Origin: an uncultured Candidatus Saccharibacteria bacterium
Lineage (GTDB): Bacteria > Patescibacteriota > Minisyncoccia > Phycocordibacterales > UBA2100
Assembly (NCBI GenBank): GCA_964424265.1
Contig: CAYRHX010000001.1
Span: 128,498 to 192,497 of the forward strand
Length of the DNA stretch: 64,000 nucleotides
Reading direction: 5' to 3'
Shown: piece after piece, positions 38,798-49,000 of the stretch
Layout: each line of letters begins with the position of its first letter
Position numbering within the stretch: position 1 is the stretch's first letter
Position numbers and translations under genes: made by a program
The notes under the pieces: model-generated
What the model saw: only the letters and a program-made list of their open reading frames with translations
What the model was told of the DNA's origin: nothing
Databases searched by the model: none

Positions 38798-39024
38798 GAG
38801 TGAATGCCAAGAAAGGAGAGCGTGAAGTCCTTGCACCCCACCTTTCGGATGTTGGGTTACGGAAACTTCGTGCGTGACTTTGTTCTTGCGATATCCTCCC
38901 TTCGACAAGTTCAGGGTAAAGAGGATCAGACCTAAAAACAAAGCCCCCTACGAGGCTCGGCAATACTACGCGAAGCAAGAGGCAAAGTCAAATTTAACCG
39001 GAGTGAGAGAGGGTATTCCCGAGG

Positions 39025-39110
39025 AATCCCCGCAGCACGAGGAGTGCGAGGATTGAGGATTTTTCAGCAGGAAAATCCGGTTTCCGAGGGGATATCGCCT
39101 CGAAGCGAAA
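39025..39110. repeat. hairpin repeat element copy 3, inside an unusual 348-bp gap between rplE and rpsN
   Basis: CCCCGCAG...GCGAGGATTGAGGATTTTTCAGCAGGAAAATCCGG, near-identical to copy 1 at 4245-4330. Confidence 0.6.
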
Positions 39111-39145
39111 GTCTCCAAACATGCCCTAGGTGTCGTGTCGGGTGT

Positions 39146-39688
39146 TTATCTGCCCACCTTTCCCTCTTGCAATGGAACGCCGAGATAGCGGAGAAACGCC
39201 TCAGCCTCTTTTTTGTTTTTTGCAGTCGTCACGATAGTTATCGCAATACCAAAAATATCTTTTGCATCTTCGTCGGAAGTTTCTGGAAACACCGTGTGTT
39301 CTTTGAGGCCGATAGAAATGTTACCCATCTCGTCGATCGACGAGGGTTTAATGCCTCGGAAATCTTTGACCCGAGGGAAAACGATGTGAACCAACTTGTC
39401 GAAAAAAGCCTGCATACGCGCTCCTCGGAGCGTTACTTGGTATCCGGCGACGTCGCCCACGCGAATCTTGAAGTTGGCGATAGATTTCTTGGCACCTCTC
39501 ACTGCTGGAGCTTGGCCGGTGATCGCCGTCATGCGATCAACGATGAGTTCGAGTTTCTTTTTGTCTTTGAGAGACCCGACGCCCGTAGAGACGACGATCT
39601 TCATCATGCGAGGCGCCTGCATGACGTTGGTATAACCGAACGCGCCCTTGAGCGCATCAAATGTCTTTGTGTGTAAAGTGGTAGTCAT
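39146..39688 (-). CDS. rplE: 50S ribosomal protein L5
   Basis: 180 aa, typical L5 blocks. Confidence 0.9.
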   Translation of the reverse strand: MTTTLHTKTFDALKGAFGYTNVMQAPRMMKIVVSTGVGSLKDKKKLELIVDRMTAITGQAPAVRGAKKSIANFKIRVGDVAGYQVTLRGARMQAFFDKLVHIVFPRVKDFRGIKPSSIDEMGNISIGLKEHTVFPETSDEDAKDIFGIAITIVTTAKNKKEAEAFLRYLGVPLQEGKVGR

Positions 39689-39693
39689 ACTCG

Positions 39694-40005
39694 TTATTTG
39701 AGCTCTTGCCCGCTTTTTACCGCTATACGTCCACGATTTCCATCTTTATCGCGAGTGATCCTAATACGGGTCGGCTTGCCCGATTTAGGGTCGACTAACA
39801 TGACGTTGGATGCATGAATGGGCATTGATTTATCGACAACCTGCCCTTTGCGATTTTGCGCGGACGGCTTGCGGTGCTTCTTCACGAGATTTATTCCATC
39901 GAGCAGGACCATATTTTTCGCCGTCAAAATACGCACAATTGCGCCAGTTTGACCTTTGCTCTTTCCTGCAATAACAACAACCTTGTCGCCTTTTTTGAGT
40001 TTCAT
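39694..40005 (-). CDS. rplX: 50S ribosomal protein L24
   Basis: MKLKKGDKVVVIAGKSKGQTGAI.. KOW motif. Confidence 0.9.
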   Translation of the reverse strand: MKLKKGDKVVVIAGKSKGQTGAIVRILTAKNMVLLDGINLVKKHRKPSAQNRKGQVVDKSMPIHASNVMLVDPKSGKPTRIRITRDKDGNRGRIAVKSGQELK

Positions 40006-40010
40006 AGTAT

Positions 40011-40391
40011 TTATACAATCTCGGGCGCAAGCGAGCCGATTTTCTGGTAACCACGAGCGACGACTTCGCGCGGGATAGGACCAAACACGCGATTTGCTTT
40101 TGGTTCTTTGGGTTCTTTCCCGGATCCGGTGATCAAAACAACAGCGTTCTCATCAAAACGCACGTACGATCCATCTTCGCGGCGGTACGCGTTCTTCTGA
40201 CGCACCACAACCGCACGATGAACCTCCTTCTTCTTCACGGACTTTCGTGGTTGCGCCGTCTGAATAGATATCACGATCTCGTCGCCGATTCCCGCGTAAC
40301 GACGTTTGGAACCACCGAGTACCTTGAAAACACGGCCAATGATGCCGCCGGAATTATCTGCAATCTTCACGAGTGTTCTGTCTTGAATCAT
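40011..40391 (-). CDS. rplN: 50S ribosomal protein L14
   Basis: MIQDRTLVKIADNSGG... start set at MIQDRT. Confidence 0.9.
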   Translation of the reverse strand: MIQDRTLVKIADNSGGIIGRVFKVLGGSKRRYAGIGDEIVISIQTAQPRKSVKKKEVHRAVVVRQKNAYRREDGSYVRFDENAVVLITGSGKEPKEPKANRVFGPIPREVVARGYQKIGSLAPEIV

Positions 40392-40398
40392 ATACTTT

Positions 40399-40662
40399 CT
40401 ACTTGGTCGCACCGACCTCTTTTACAATGATGAAACGCTTCCTCTTAGAAATCGGACGTGTTTCGCGGATGGTGACCCTCTCCCCCACCTGCGCGGTATT
40501 GCCGGGGTTATGCACGAGGAACTTCTTGCTGTGTTTCTGATACTTTTTGTATTTCGGGTGCTTGACGTATCGCTCAACTTGCACGGTTACCGTGTCGGTC
40601 ATGGCGGCCTTCACAACGACGCCTTCAAGTAACTTTCCTGTGTTTTGTTCTTCCATATGCAT
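40399..40662 (-). CDS. rpsQ: 30S ribosomal protein S17
   Basis: GKLLEGVVVKAAMTDTVTVQVERYVKHPKYKKY. Confidence 0.9.
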   Translation of the reverse strand: MHMEEQNTGKLLEGVVVKAAMTDTVTVQVERYVKHPKYKKYQKHSKKFLVHNPGNTAQVGERVTIRETRPISKRKRFIIVKEVGATK

Positions 40663-40676
40663 TTGTGCGAAGGATA

Positions 40677-40898
40677 CTACGCTGTCTTTGCCTTTGAAGC
40701 AATTCCTGTATTAAGAGACAAATCTCGCGCTCGAAGCTCTGTTAAGATCTGAGCAACTTCACGTCGAAGATTGCGACCCTCACGAACATTTCGGGTACGC
40801 GAACCTGCTCCGCCAAAACGAAATGCCCGCAATGCTTCGCGCTTCTCCGCGAGAATCTTGTTCAGCTCTGCGATATCCTGTTTCGAAAATTCTGACAT
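40677..40898 (-). CDS. rpmC: 50S ribosomal protein L29
   Basis: 73 aa, MSEFSKQDIAELNKILAEKREAL. Confidence 0.85.
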   Translation of the reverse strand: MSEFSKQDIAELNKILAEKREALRAFRFGGAGSRTRNVREGRNLRREVAQILTELRARDLSLNTGIASKAKTA

Positions 40899-40926
40899 AA
40901 TTTTACTTGTAGTGAGTATGATCGAA

Positions 40927-41349
40927 CTATTGACGAGCTACGACACGCACTGTGAGTGGCAGTTTGGTCCCGGCTTTGCGAAGTGCCTCGCGCGCTATCG
41001 CCTCCGTGGCGCCATCTATCTCGAAAATAACCCGTCCTGGACGTACGTCGAACACGTATCCCGCAACATCACCCTTACCGCTACCCATTCCTACTTCGGC
41101 TGCCTTCTGGGTAAACGGACGGTCTGGAAAAATGCGTGTCCAGATCTTGGCACTCTTACCACCTGCGCGCGTGAGTGCGCGGCGGGCCGCTTCGAGCTGA
41201 TTCGAGGTTACGCGCGCTTGCGTAAGCGACTTCAATCCGAACGACCCGAAGGCGACGGTGATGCCGCGTGTTTCCGGAGCTTCAAGACGACGCTGATGCC
41301 TGCGTCCGGTCTGCCATTTGCGATATTTTGCTTTTTTTGGTGCCAACAT
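40927..41349 (-). CDS. rplP: 50S ribosomal protein L16
   Basis: MLAPKKAKYRKWQTGRR... start set at MLAPKK. Confidence 0.9.
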   Translation of the reverse strand: MLAPKKAKYRKWQTGRRHQRRLEAPETRGITVAFGSFGLKSLTQARVTSNQLEAARRALTRAGGKSAKIWTRIFPDRPFTQKAAEVGMGSGKGDVAGYVFDVRPGRVIFEIDGATEAIAREALRKAGTKLPLTVRVVARQ

Positions 41350-41354
41350 AAAAA

Positions 41355-42026
41355 TTACTTTTTTGCGTCTTTGTCGAATATTTCGCCTCGATAGATCCAC
41401 ACTTTGATGCCGATCACTCCGTAAGGAAGGTATGCCTGCTCTCGCGCAAAATCGATATCCGCACGAAGTGTCTGGAGTGGTACGCGGCCACGCTTGATCT
41501 CCTCAGTACGAGACATTTCGGCACCTCCGAGGCGACCGGCGATCGCTATGCGAACGCCCTGCACATCTCGATTTGCCATAACCTTCTCTACCGTCTGCTT
41601 GAGCACTCGGCGGAAGGTCTGGCGCTTCTCCAAGCCCTCTGCCACCATGTAAGCGACGACGGGTGATTGCGATTCTGGCGAACGCACCTCTTCGATATCA
41701 AGACGGACAGCTTTGCGCTCCGCGTGCGGAACGGTGCCGATGATTCGTTCGATTTCTTTTGTGAGCTTGACAGAGCCCTCTCCCCCACGACCGATTACAA
41801 GACCAGGGCGGGAGGTCTTTATGATTACTCGAATCGCTTTCTCGTTGCGCTCGATCTCTACGGAAGTGACGTAGCTTCCACGCAGACGCTTCTTAAGAAA
41901 GCGTCGGATCGCCGCATCAACACATACGTTTTCACGATATTTTGCGGGTGACTTCGAAAACCATCGCGATTTCCAATCACGAATGATGCCGAGACGGTGA
42001 GCGAATGGATGTACGGTGTGTGTCAT
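41355..42026 (-). CDS. rpsC: 30S ribosomal protein S3
   Basis: KH domain and C-terminal domain; MTHTVHPFAHRLGIIRDWKSRWF. Confidence 0.9.
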   Translation of the reverse strand: MTHTVHPFAHRLGIIRDWKSRWFSKSPAKYRENVCVDAAIRRFLKKRLRGSYVTSVEIERNEKAIRVIIKTSRPGLVIGRGGEGSVKLTKEIERIIGTVPHAERKAVRLDIEEVRSPESQSPVVAYMVAEGLEKRQTFRRVLKQTVEKVMANRDVQGVRIAIAGRLGGAEMSRTEEIKRGRVPLQTLRADIDFAREQAYLPYGVIGIKVWIYRGEIFDKDAKK

Positions 42027-42412
42027 ACGTGTTTTTCCTCTTTTTTAGCCTTCACGACTTTTTTTGCGCGAGATGCTTTTGGAGGCTTCGTAGATGCGCC
42101 GAGCTCGAGAAAGATGATGCTCATCTCTTTTCGGATTGAGCCCGATCTTCCGCGCGCGAATGGTCGTGCGCGACGCATTACCAAACCCTTGTTGACCGTG
42201 ATTGTCTTAATGAAGAGGTTCTCAGGGGATGCGCCGATAGCTCCCGCGTTTGCAATAGCAGAATCTAGCAATTTCCCAATCGCAGGAGAAGACTTCTTCG
42301 GCAGATACGACAACGCGGCACGCGCCGCAGGGACGCTCTTCCCACGAATGAGATCCGCGACGAGACGCACCTTCCGGGGCGCTTGGTGGTAATTGGTAAG
42401 AAGTGCTTTCAT
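42023..42412 (-). CDS. rplV: 50S ribosomal protein L22
   Basis: MKALLTNYHQAPRKVRLVADLIRGKSV. Confidence 0.9.
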   Translation of the reverse strand: MKALLTNYHQAPRKVRLVADLIRGKSVPAARAALSYLPKKSSPAIGKLLDSAIANAGAIGASPENLFIKTITVNKGLVMRRARPFARGRSGSIRKEMSIIFLELGASTKPPKASRAKKVVKAKKEEKHV

Positions 42413-42457
42413 ATATTGATAGAATGCGGGATTTCTGAATGAGTGTTGAGAAACGAA

Positions 42458-42799
42458 TTATTTGGCTGAAGATGTAGCGGTTGCCTTCGCTGCGGTCGCT
42501 GCGGCGACCTCCGCGGCCTTGGCAGCCATTTCGTTCTCCTTTTGCATTTTACCGCCGTGCTTGATGAATTTGGTCGTGGGAGCGAATTCTCCCAACCGAT
42601 GTCCCACCATATCTTCCGTCACAAACACCTCGTCAAAATTCTTACCGGTGTGGACAGAAAAAGTGTAGCCAACAAATTCCGGTGCGATCTGGCTTGCGCG
42701 TGCCCACGTCTTAATCGAGCCCTGCCCACTCTTGCGGGTAGAGACCTTCTTCATCAATTTGACGTCCACGTAGGGACCCTTTTTTAGTGAGCGTGTCAT
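42458..42799 (-). CDS. rpsS: 30S ribosomal protein S19 (Ala-rich C-terminal tail)
   Basis: [19 protein letters not shown]... start set at MTRSLKKG. Confidence 0.85.
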   Translation of the reverse strand: MTRSLKKGPYVDVKLMKKVSTRKSGQGSIKTWARASQIAPEFVGYTFSVHTGKNFDEVFVTEDMVGHRLGEFAPTTKFIKHGGKMQKENEMAAKAAEVAAATAAKATATSSAK

Positions 42800-42905
42800 A
42801 CTTCGTTTTGTCTGCAATTGAAAACCCGCTTCTGCGGGAGTCCGCACAATGTATAGGAAACAATGACGAATGTCAACAAAAAGTCCGCATACGCGGACTT
42901 TTTGT

Positions 42906-43754
42906 TTACTTCCTCTTTCCTACCTTGCGGCGAGAGACGATAAAGACGTTGGAATACTTCTTTGGCCGGCGGGTTTTTTGACCCTTTCCTGCTGGCTTGC
43001 CCCAGAGCGTCTTCTGGCGACGAGATCCGCGACCCTGCTTGCCTTCGCCTCCACCGTGCGGGTGGTCCACCGGGTTCATGGCTGATCCGCGGACCGTCGG
43101 GCGCACGCCCATCCAGCGGGTTCTGCCCGCTTTGCCAATACGCACGAGGCGATGCTCTTCGTTGGACACCTCCCCTACGGAAGCCCAAGCAGTCGAAATG
43201 ATTCGACGGATCTCGGTGGACGGCATTTTGACGTGGGTGTAGCCCGCATCCTGCGCAACGACTTCACAAAAGTTACCGGCGGAGCGCGCGAGTACTGCGC
43301 CACCGTTTGGCCGCAATTCGATATTGTAAACGAACGTACCTACAGGCATATTGCCAAGCGGCAGACGATTACCGAGCGTCACGGGCGCACTTTCCGAAAC
43401 GAGAAATGTGTCGCCGACCTTCACGCGCTGCGGGAGCACGACATAACGCTTTTCGCCATCGGCGTAGATCGCAACTCCGATAAAGCCGCTTCGAAACGGA
43501 TCGTACTCGACCGACGTGATTTTGGCGGGGATATTTTTCTTATCATATCGGAAATCCACCAGTCGATGGGTCTTTTTGTGTCCGCCACCCTGATGTCGTA
43601 CCGTGATCCGACCGAATGAGTTGCGACCCGCATTACTCTTCGCCCCCTTCATGAGCGACTTCTCAGGCTTGTGTCCGGAAAGCACGGCGCGATAGTTGAT
43701 TGAGATGCGACCGCGCTGTGAGGGAGATGTTGGTTTGTATTCTTTCATTGACAT
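42906..43754 (-). CDS. rplB: 50S ribosomal protein L2
   Basis: 282 aa; [24 protein letters not shown]; conserved C-terminal His region. Confidence 0.9.
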   Translation of the reverse strand: MSMKEYKPTSPSQRGRISINYRAVLSGHKPEKSLMKGAKSNAGRNSFGRITVRHQGGGHKKTHRLVDFRYDKKNIPAKITSVEYDPFRSGFIGVAIYADGEKRYVVLPQRVKVGDTFLVSESAPVTLGNRLPLGNMPVGTFVYNIELRPNGGAVLARSAGNFCEVVAQDAGYTHVKMPSTEIRRIISTAWASVGEVSNEEHRLVRIGKAGRTRWMGVRPTVRGSAMNPVDHPHGGGEGKQGRGSRRQKTLWGKPAGKGQKTRRPKKYSNVFIVSRRKVGKRK

Positions 43755-43765
43755 ACGCGAGTATA

Positions 43766-44125
43766 TTATCCAATAGTTATCGTTTCTCCCTTCTTAAGAT
43801 ACACGTACGCCTTCTTGCCTCCCCGTGTGATTCCGATCTTACCCGTGCGAGGATTGCGGCGCATCTTTGTGGGCACTCTTACGACACGAATCATGCGTGG
43901 AAGGACTTTGTAGAGGGCCTGAACCGCCTGTGCAATGTCGCGTTTCGTCGCGCCATCTGCGATATCAAAGGTGTAGACTCCTTCCGAAGAATGCATCGTG
44001 GCCTTCTCAGTAATACGTGCATGCTTCAATACATGGGAAAGGTCCCTGCTCACACTGCTCGGCGATGCCACCACGGCCTTCGTCTCCTGAGGTGCGATTT
44101 TGTCTTTTTTGCTGAAGATTGCCAT
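43766..44125 (-). CDS. rplW: 50S ribosomal protein L23
   Basis: position between L4 and L2; ...HARITEKATMHSSEGVYTFDI... Confidence 0.85.
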   Translation of the reverse strand: MAIFSKKDKIAPQETKAVVASPSSVSRDLSHVLKHARITEKATMHSSEGVYTFDIADGATKRDIAQAVQALYKVLPRMIRVVRVPTKMRRNPRTGKIGITRGGKKAYVYLKKGETITIG

Positions 44126-44137
44126 ATGAGTACGTGC

Positions 44138-44833
44138 TTATGATTTAGAAGGAGCGGCGGGGGCAGATTTCTTGGTTGTGCGACTCTCGACTATAGCGAC
44201 AGCAGCCTCCGGATTTTCGATAATGAGGTACGAGCTTTTGAGGACAGCCGCTGGATTAAGATTGCGAGCCGCAACGTAGTCTACATTGCCAATGTTGCGG
44301 AAGCTCTTCTGCGCAGCAACGGTGGGTTCTGCAAACGCAATGAGAGCCGCGTTCTTCTTTTTTGTCGAAAGCTTCTCAAACCCAGATACCTTCGAGAGCA
44401 TGACGAGCACCTTTCGAGCAGCCGCCGTCTTCGGCGCGTCGAGTCCAAATGAATCAACAAACATGATTTCGCCATCCTTTAACTTGCGAGAAAGAGCCAT
44501 GAATAGCGCTTTCGCGCGCATCTTCTTTGGAATCGTTTGGCTGTAATTCTTTTCCGATGTCGGACCGTGCGTAACGCCTCCACCTTTCCAGATCGGGGAA
44601 CGACTCGAGCCATGGCGCGCACGGCCCGTACCCTTCTGGGCCCACGGCTTTTTACCACCACCGCGCACTTCCCCGCGAGTTTTTACGTGCGCAATGCTTT
44701 TGCGCGCGTTCGCCTGCATGCCTGTAACCACCTGATGCATCAGGCCATCGTTCCATGCAACACCGAAAATACTCTCCGGCAATGTGATGGAGCCGTTCTT
44801 TTTCCCCTGTGCGCTGTATATAGGTGATTCCAT
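44138..44833 (-). CDS. rplD: 50S ribosomal protein L4
   Basis: KPWAQKGTGRARHGSSRSPIWKGGGVTHGP. Confidence 0.9.
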   Translation of the reverse strand: MESPIYSAQGKKNGSITLPESIFGVAWNDGLMHQVVTGMQANARKSIAHVKTRGEVRGGGKKPWAQKGTGRARHGSSRSPIWKGGGVTHGPTSEKNYSQTIPKKMRAKALFMALSRKLKDGEIMFVDSFGLDAPKTAAARKVLVMLSKVSGFEKLSTKKKNAALIAFAEPTVAAQKSFRNIGNVDYVAARNLNPAAVLKSSYLIIENPEAAVAIVESRTTKKSAPAAPSKS

Positions 44834-44841
44834 ACAAAATA

Positions 44842-45456
44842 TTATCCGCGGATTTCGATAAGAGTCCCGGGTCGGCCAGGTACTGCCCCTGAAATAAGAA
44901 GTGTGTTGGTCGCCACATCGATTTGCAGCACTTTGAGATTCTTGACCGTGACGCGATCCCCTCCCATACGGCCAGCCATGCGCATCCCAGGCACCACTCG
45001 TCCTCCGGCGCGACCACCACCTCCGATAGAGCCAGGACTTCGCTCTTTATTCTTCTGGCCGTGTGAACGCGGACCTCCATGGAAACCGTGACGCTTCACA
45101 ACACCCTGAAAACCTTTGCCTTTAGAAATAGCAGATACCGCAACCACATCTCCCGGCGAGAAAACTGACACATCGATCACGTCTCCCCTTTTCATTTCGC
45201 CTGCCAAGGGGAATTCTCTTAAATATCGAAACGTGGTGAGATCCTTCAAATGCCCTTTTTGCGCGGAATTCGTATTTTTTTCTTTGCGAAAGCCAAAACC
45301 GACTTGCGCCGCTTCGTACCCCTCTTTTTCCTTACCTTTCACTTGTGTAACGGTGAGCGGACCCGCGGTGATGATAGTCGCAGCAGACACAACGCCTTTT
45401 TCATCAAAGACCTGCGTCATACGACCCTTGGTGCCGAGCATAAATTTGGTTGTCAT
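44842..45456 (-). CDS. rplC: 50S ribosomal protein L3
   Basis: MTTKFMLGTKGRMTQVFDEKG... start set at MTTKF. The ORF extends upstream spuriously to 45756. Confidence 0.9.
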   Translation of the reverse strand: MTTKFMLGTKGRMTQVFDEKGVVSAATIITAGPLTVTQVKGKEKEGYEAAQVGFGFRKEKNTNSAQKGHLKDLTTFRYLREFPLAGEMKRGDVIDVSVFSPGDVVAVSAISKGKGFQGVVKRHGFHGGPRSHGQKNKERSPGSIGGGGRAGGRVVPGMRMAGRMGGDRVTVKNLKVLQIDVATNTLLISGAVPGRPGTLIEIRG

Positions 45457-45565
45457 AAAATAGCGAATCCGCGCAACAGCGCGGATGACGGACCCGCACC
45501 ATTGGTCCCGATATGGGGACGTAGCGTGGAAAGCAGTATACGCAGAACCTTCAGAAACGCAATAG

Positions 45566-46030
45566 CTATGTCTCCGAACCACCGAGTGATCGTCGGGAAC
45601 GCTTATGCAAAACTTCTGCAAGGATCCAGACCATACCCATAGAAGTCGATCCCAGGATAAACGGAATGATGCTTCCACTGTCGTCAAATCCAAATGCTGC
45701 GTTAAATTGACAAAAGAAGGATCCCGGTTCGCATCCCCTCCCATGCGCTCCTGCACCGTTTTGCACAGGAGAGCCAGCGTCCGCAGGCTTCCACAAAATG
45801 TCCTCTACCGTAAGACCTCTTTTCTGTGACTCTTGTGCGAGCATGTCGACTATTGAATCAAGACTTGCTTGCGATAATCCTGACGTACGAGGATCAGTCA
45901 AAAGCGAGCTTCGGATGGCCGCTCGAATGTCGGAACCATCTTCTGCGTGTGCGATGAGCGGCATTGCACTCATCAGCACGATCACGGCCACGGCGCATGG
46001 CGCCCACCCAAAAATAGCAGATGTATTCAT
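45566..46030 (-). CDS. hypothetical secreted protein
   Basis: Signal peptide MNTSAIFGWAPCAVAVIVLMSAMPLIAHA. 154 aa. Downstream of the giant protein gene. Confidence 0.4.
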   Translation of the reverse strand: MNTSAIFGWAPCAVAVIVLMSAMPLIAHAEDGSDIRAAIRSSLLTDPRTSGLSQASLDSIVDMLAQESQKRGLTVEDILWKPADAGSPVQNGAGAHGRGCEPGSFFCQFNAAFGFDDSGSIIPFILGSTSMGMVWILAEVLHKRSRRSLGGSET

Positions 46031-46058
46031 ACAAAAAATTGTATCACGCTCTTTAGCC

Positions 46059-49000
46059 TTACCGCTCTTGAAACGCGGGAAGTATGTTGACAGTGGATGA
46101 TCGGCTCACACTTGACGGCGAGGAACCAGGAAGCCCCTCACATGTGATAGTAAAGACGGTCTGAGAACTCAAAACCGTTCCCCCGCTGCCCTCAGTCCCA
46201 CTCCACGAATCACCATTCGCACTGACGACGGTACACAATTGAGTATTAGCGGTTTGCCAACGAACCTGCACTTGATTCCCTGCTCTTATCAACAATGGCG
46301 TGACGAGCCATTCCGTAATGGAAGGAGGTGGGGTGCCGTTACATCCGCCTAAAGTACATCCATTCGTGCACTGATACACCCGACGGCTTCCACTTTGGCA
46401 TTGGTTTATGATGTCGTCGTGGTCCTCTCCTTGATTTACATCTCCACAACGATTGAAGCACCCTTGGGGCGGCGTACACCGCGTCTGATTCAATATCTGA
46501 TCAAAGGACTCCGTCCACCCTTCTGGACAGCGGTCGAAACGACATGATAAAGATCCTCCGGTACCTTCTTGCCGGTAACCAACGGGACATTGACCAAATC
46601 GACACACCCCGTCGGCGTATAACTCATACCCAGCGGAGCACGTGTATTGGCATTTGGGGGTTCCGCAACTGAGGGCAACCGTGCGGGGTGTGTTTGCGGT
46701 AAGACCAGCAGCGTCTCCTGTGCAGATATTTGTGTTTGAGGGAGTAGCGCCTGTGCAAGAATACTGAGAGACACATTCACCCCCTTGCTTAACGTACCCT
46801 GGAGAACAGTAGTACTCACATTTCTTTGATGGAGTGCAGCTTGAAACGAGAACACGGCCGGAGTCTGATGTGACATTTTCATCGCCCGGGCATGAGGCAG
46901 CATGTTCAGGGATATAACCTCTGCACTCTGGGGGGGTACAGTACCCTGCCTTTACATATTTACAATCCGGCGTATCCGAGTCTACGGCAAAATATGTGTT
47001 AGTGGAGACTTCACAATACCCTCTCTTGAGGAGACATTCTGGTATCGGATTACACTGCCCGCCGTACACGTAAGCACATGCGACTGGATCGACGTCGTTT
47101 TGGACACCATTGACCCCATCCGCATTCGCGTCGCAGTAGGGTTGTTTGGTGCAGGATTGAGTATCCCTCACCACCACATTCACCCAATCGGAGCAGTTGT
47201 TGTTTTCGTTTGTTGATGTTGCGGTGAGTCCTTCACGGACAGAACCAGTATCGGTAGCGGAGCTCTTGTCTGCACATGCTCTCACTGAGGATGTGCCTGT
47301 TGACGTGAAGATGTACGAGCGGGAGATGTCGTCGCTCGATCCTTCCACAAGCGGAGGGAGAGAGTTTGCGACGAGGCCTGTGATGGCGCCTCCGCCGTCT
47401 GGCGCGGTAGCTACTTGGAAGAAGTTGTAGAAGTTCTGACTGCCTGTCGGGGCGCCTCCCTGGTTTACGATGGTGGCTGAGAGTGTGGTTGATGCGTTGC
47501 GGATCGTGGCTGTAGGGCTTGTGTTGATGGCGGTGAGGTCGGGGTAGATGGGATCGCACCTGAGACCCGAGGGATATGGTTGACATGCGTCATTGATTTC
47601 TTGTTGGATGTAGGTTTCTGCGTCGCAGTAGGGTTGCCTGTTGCAAACACACGCTCCATTCTGAAGTACTTGGCCTGCGGGGCACACAATGACGCACTCG
47701 CCATTTTGAAGTGTCTGGCCAGCTGGGCAAATCAAAACGCATGTGCCATTTTGACGTGTTTGACCAGCGGGACACGCAACGTCTGTCACCACCACATTCA
47801 CCCACAGGGAGCAGTTGTTGTTTTCTCCTAGATCTTCGTCGGGTCCTTCGTAAACGGAACCTGTGTTGGTAGCAGAACTCTTGTCTGCGCATGCTCTCAC
47901 AGAGTATGTGCCGGCTGATGTGAAAGTGTATGGACTGGAGATGCTGCCACTGGCTCCCGACGTGAGAGCGGATATGAATACAGGAGAAAGGCCTGTGATG
48001 GCGCCTCCGCCATCTGCCGCGGTAGCTACTTGGAAGAAGTTGTAGAAACCGCTCCCCGTTGGAGCGCCCCCTCTGTTTGTAATATCGGCAGAGAGTGTGG
48101 TCGAGGCGTTGCGGGTTGTCGTTGCGGGGCTTGTGTTGAGGGCGGTGAGGTCGGGGTAGTGAGGGTTGCATTGTCCCCCATACACATATGCGCAAACGGT
48201 TGCATCGACTTCGTAGAAGGTATCGGTGTTTGCATCACAGTAGGCAGTTTTGCTACATGGTATCGGATTACACTGCCCCCCGTACACGTACGTGCACGAT
48301 TCCACGTCGACGTCATTCTGAGTGTCTGTTGCTGCGTCGCAGTAGGGTTGCCTGTTGCAAACACACGCTCCATTCTGAAGTACTTGGCCTGCGGGGCACA
48401 CAATGACGCACTCGCCATTTTGGCGTGTTTGACCAGCGGGACACGCAACGTCTGTCACCACCACATTCACCCACAGGGAGCAGTTGTTGTTTTCTCCTAG
48501 ATCTTCGTCGGGTCCTTCGTAAACGGAACCTGTGTTGGTAGCAGAACTCTTGTCTGCGCATGCTCTCACAGAGTATGTGCCTGTTGACGTGAAGATGTAC
48601 GAGCGGGAGATGTCGTCGCTCGATCCTTCCACAAGCGGAGGGAGAGAGTTTGCGACGAGGCCTGTGATGGCGCCTCCGCCGTCTGGCGCGGTAGCTACTT
48701 GGAAGAAGTTGTAGAAGTTCTGACTGCCTGTCGGGGCGCCTCCCTGGTTTACGATGGTGGCTGAGAGTGTGGTTGATGCGTTGCGGATCGTGGCTGTAGG
48801 GCTTGTGTTGATGGCGGTGAGGTCGGGGTAGAGGTCGTTGCACAACCTTCCGGAAGGCCGGAGTGTACATGCACTTGTGTTCCCTACGACCTCTTGATAT
48901 TGACCGTTTTCGCAGAACCCTACGAGAGTACACGTGTCTGGGACACACGATCCATTCTGAAGTACTTGGCCTGCGGGGCAGCCGTCGTCAACACACGATC

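Noticed and set aside
39044-39688. Long plus-strand ORFs across the ribosomal cluster (e.g. 39044..39676, 40771..41394, 43152..43619, 45250..45642)
   Set aside because: Antisense shadow ORFs of highly conserved minus-strand r-protein genes. No recognisable protein features.
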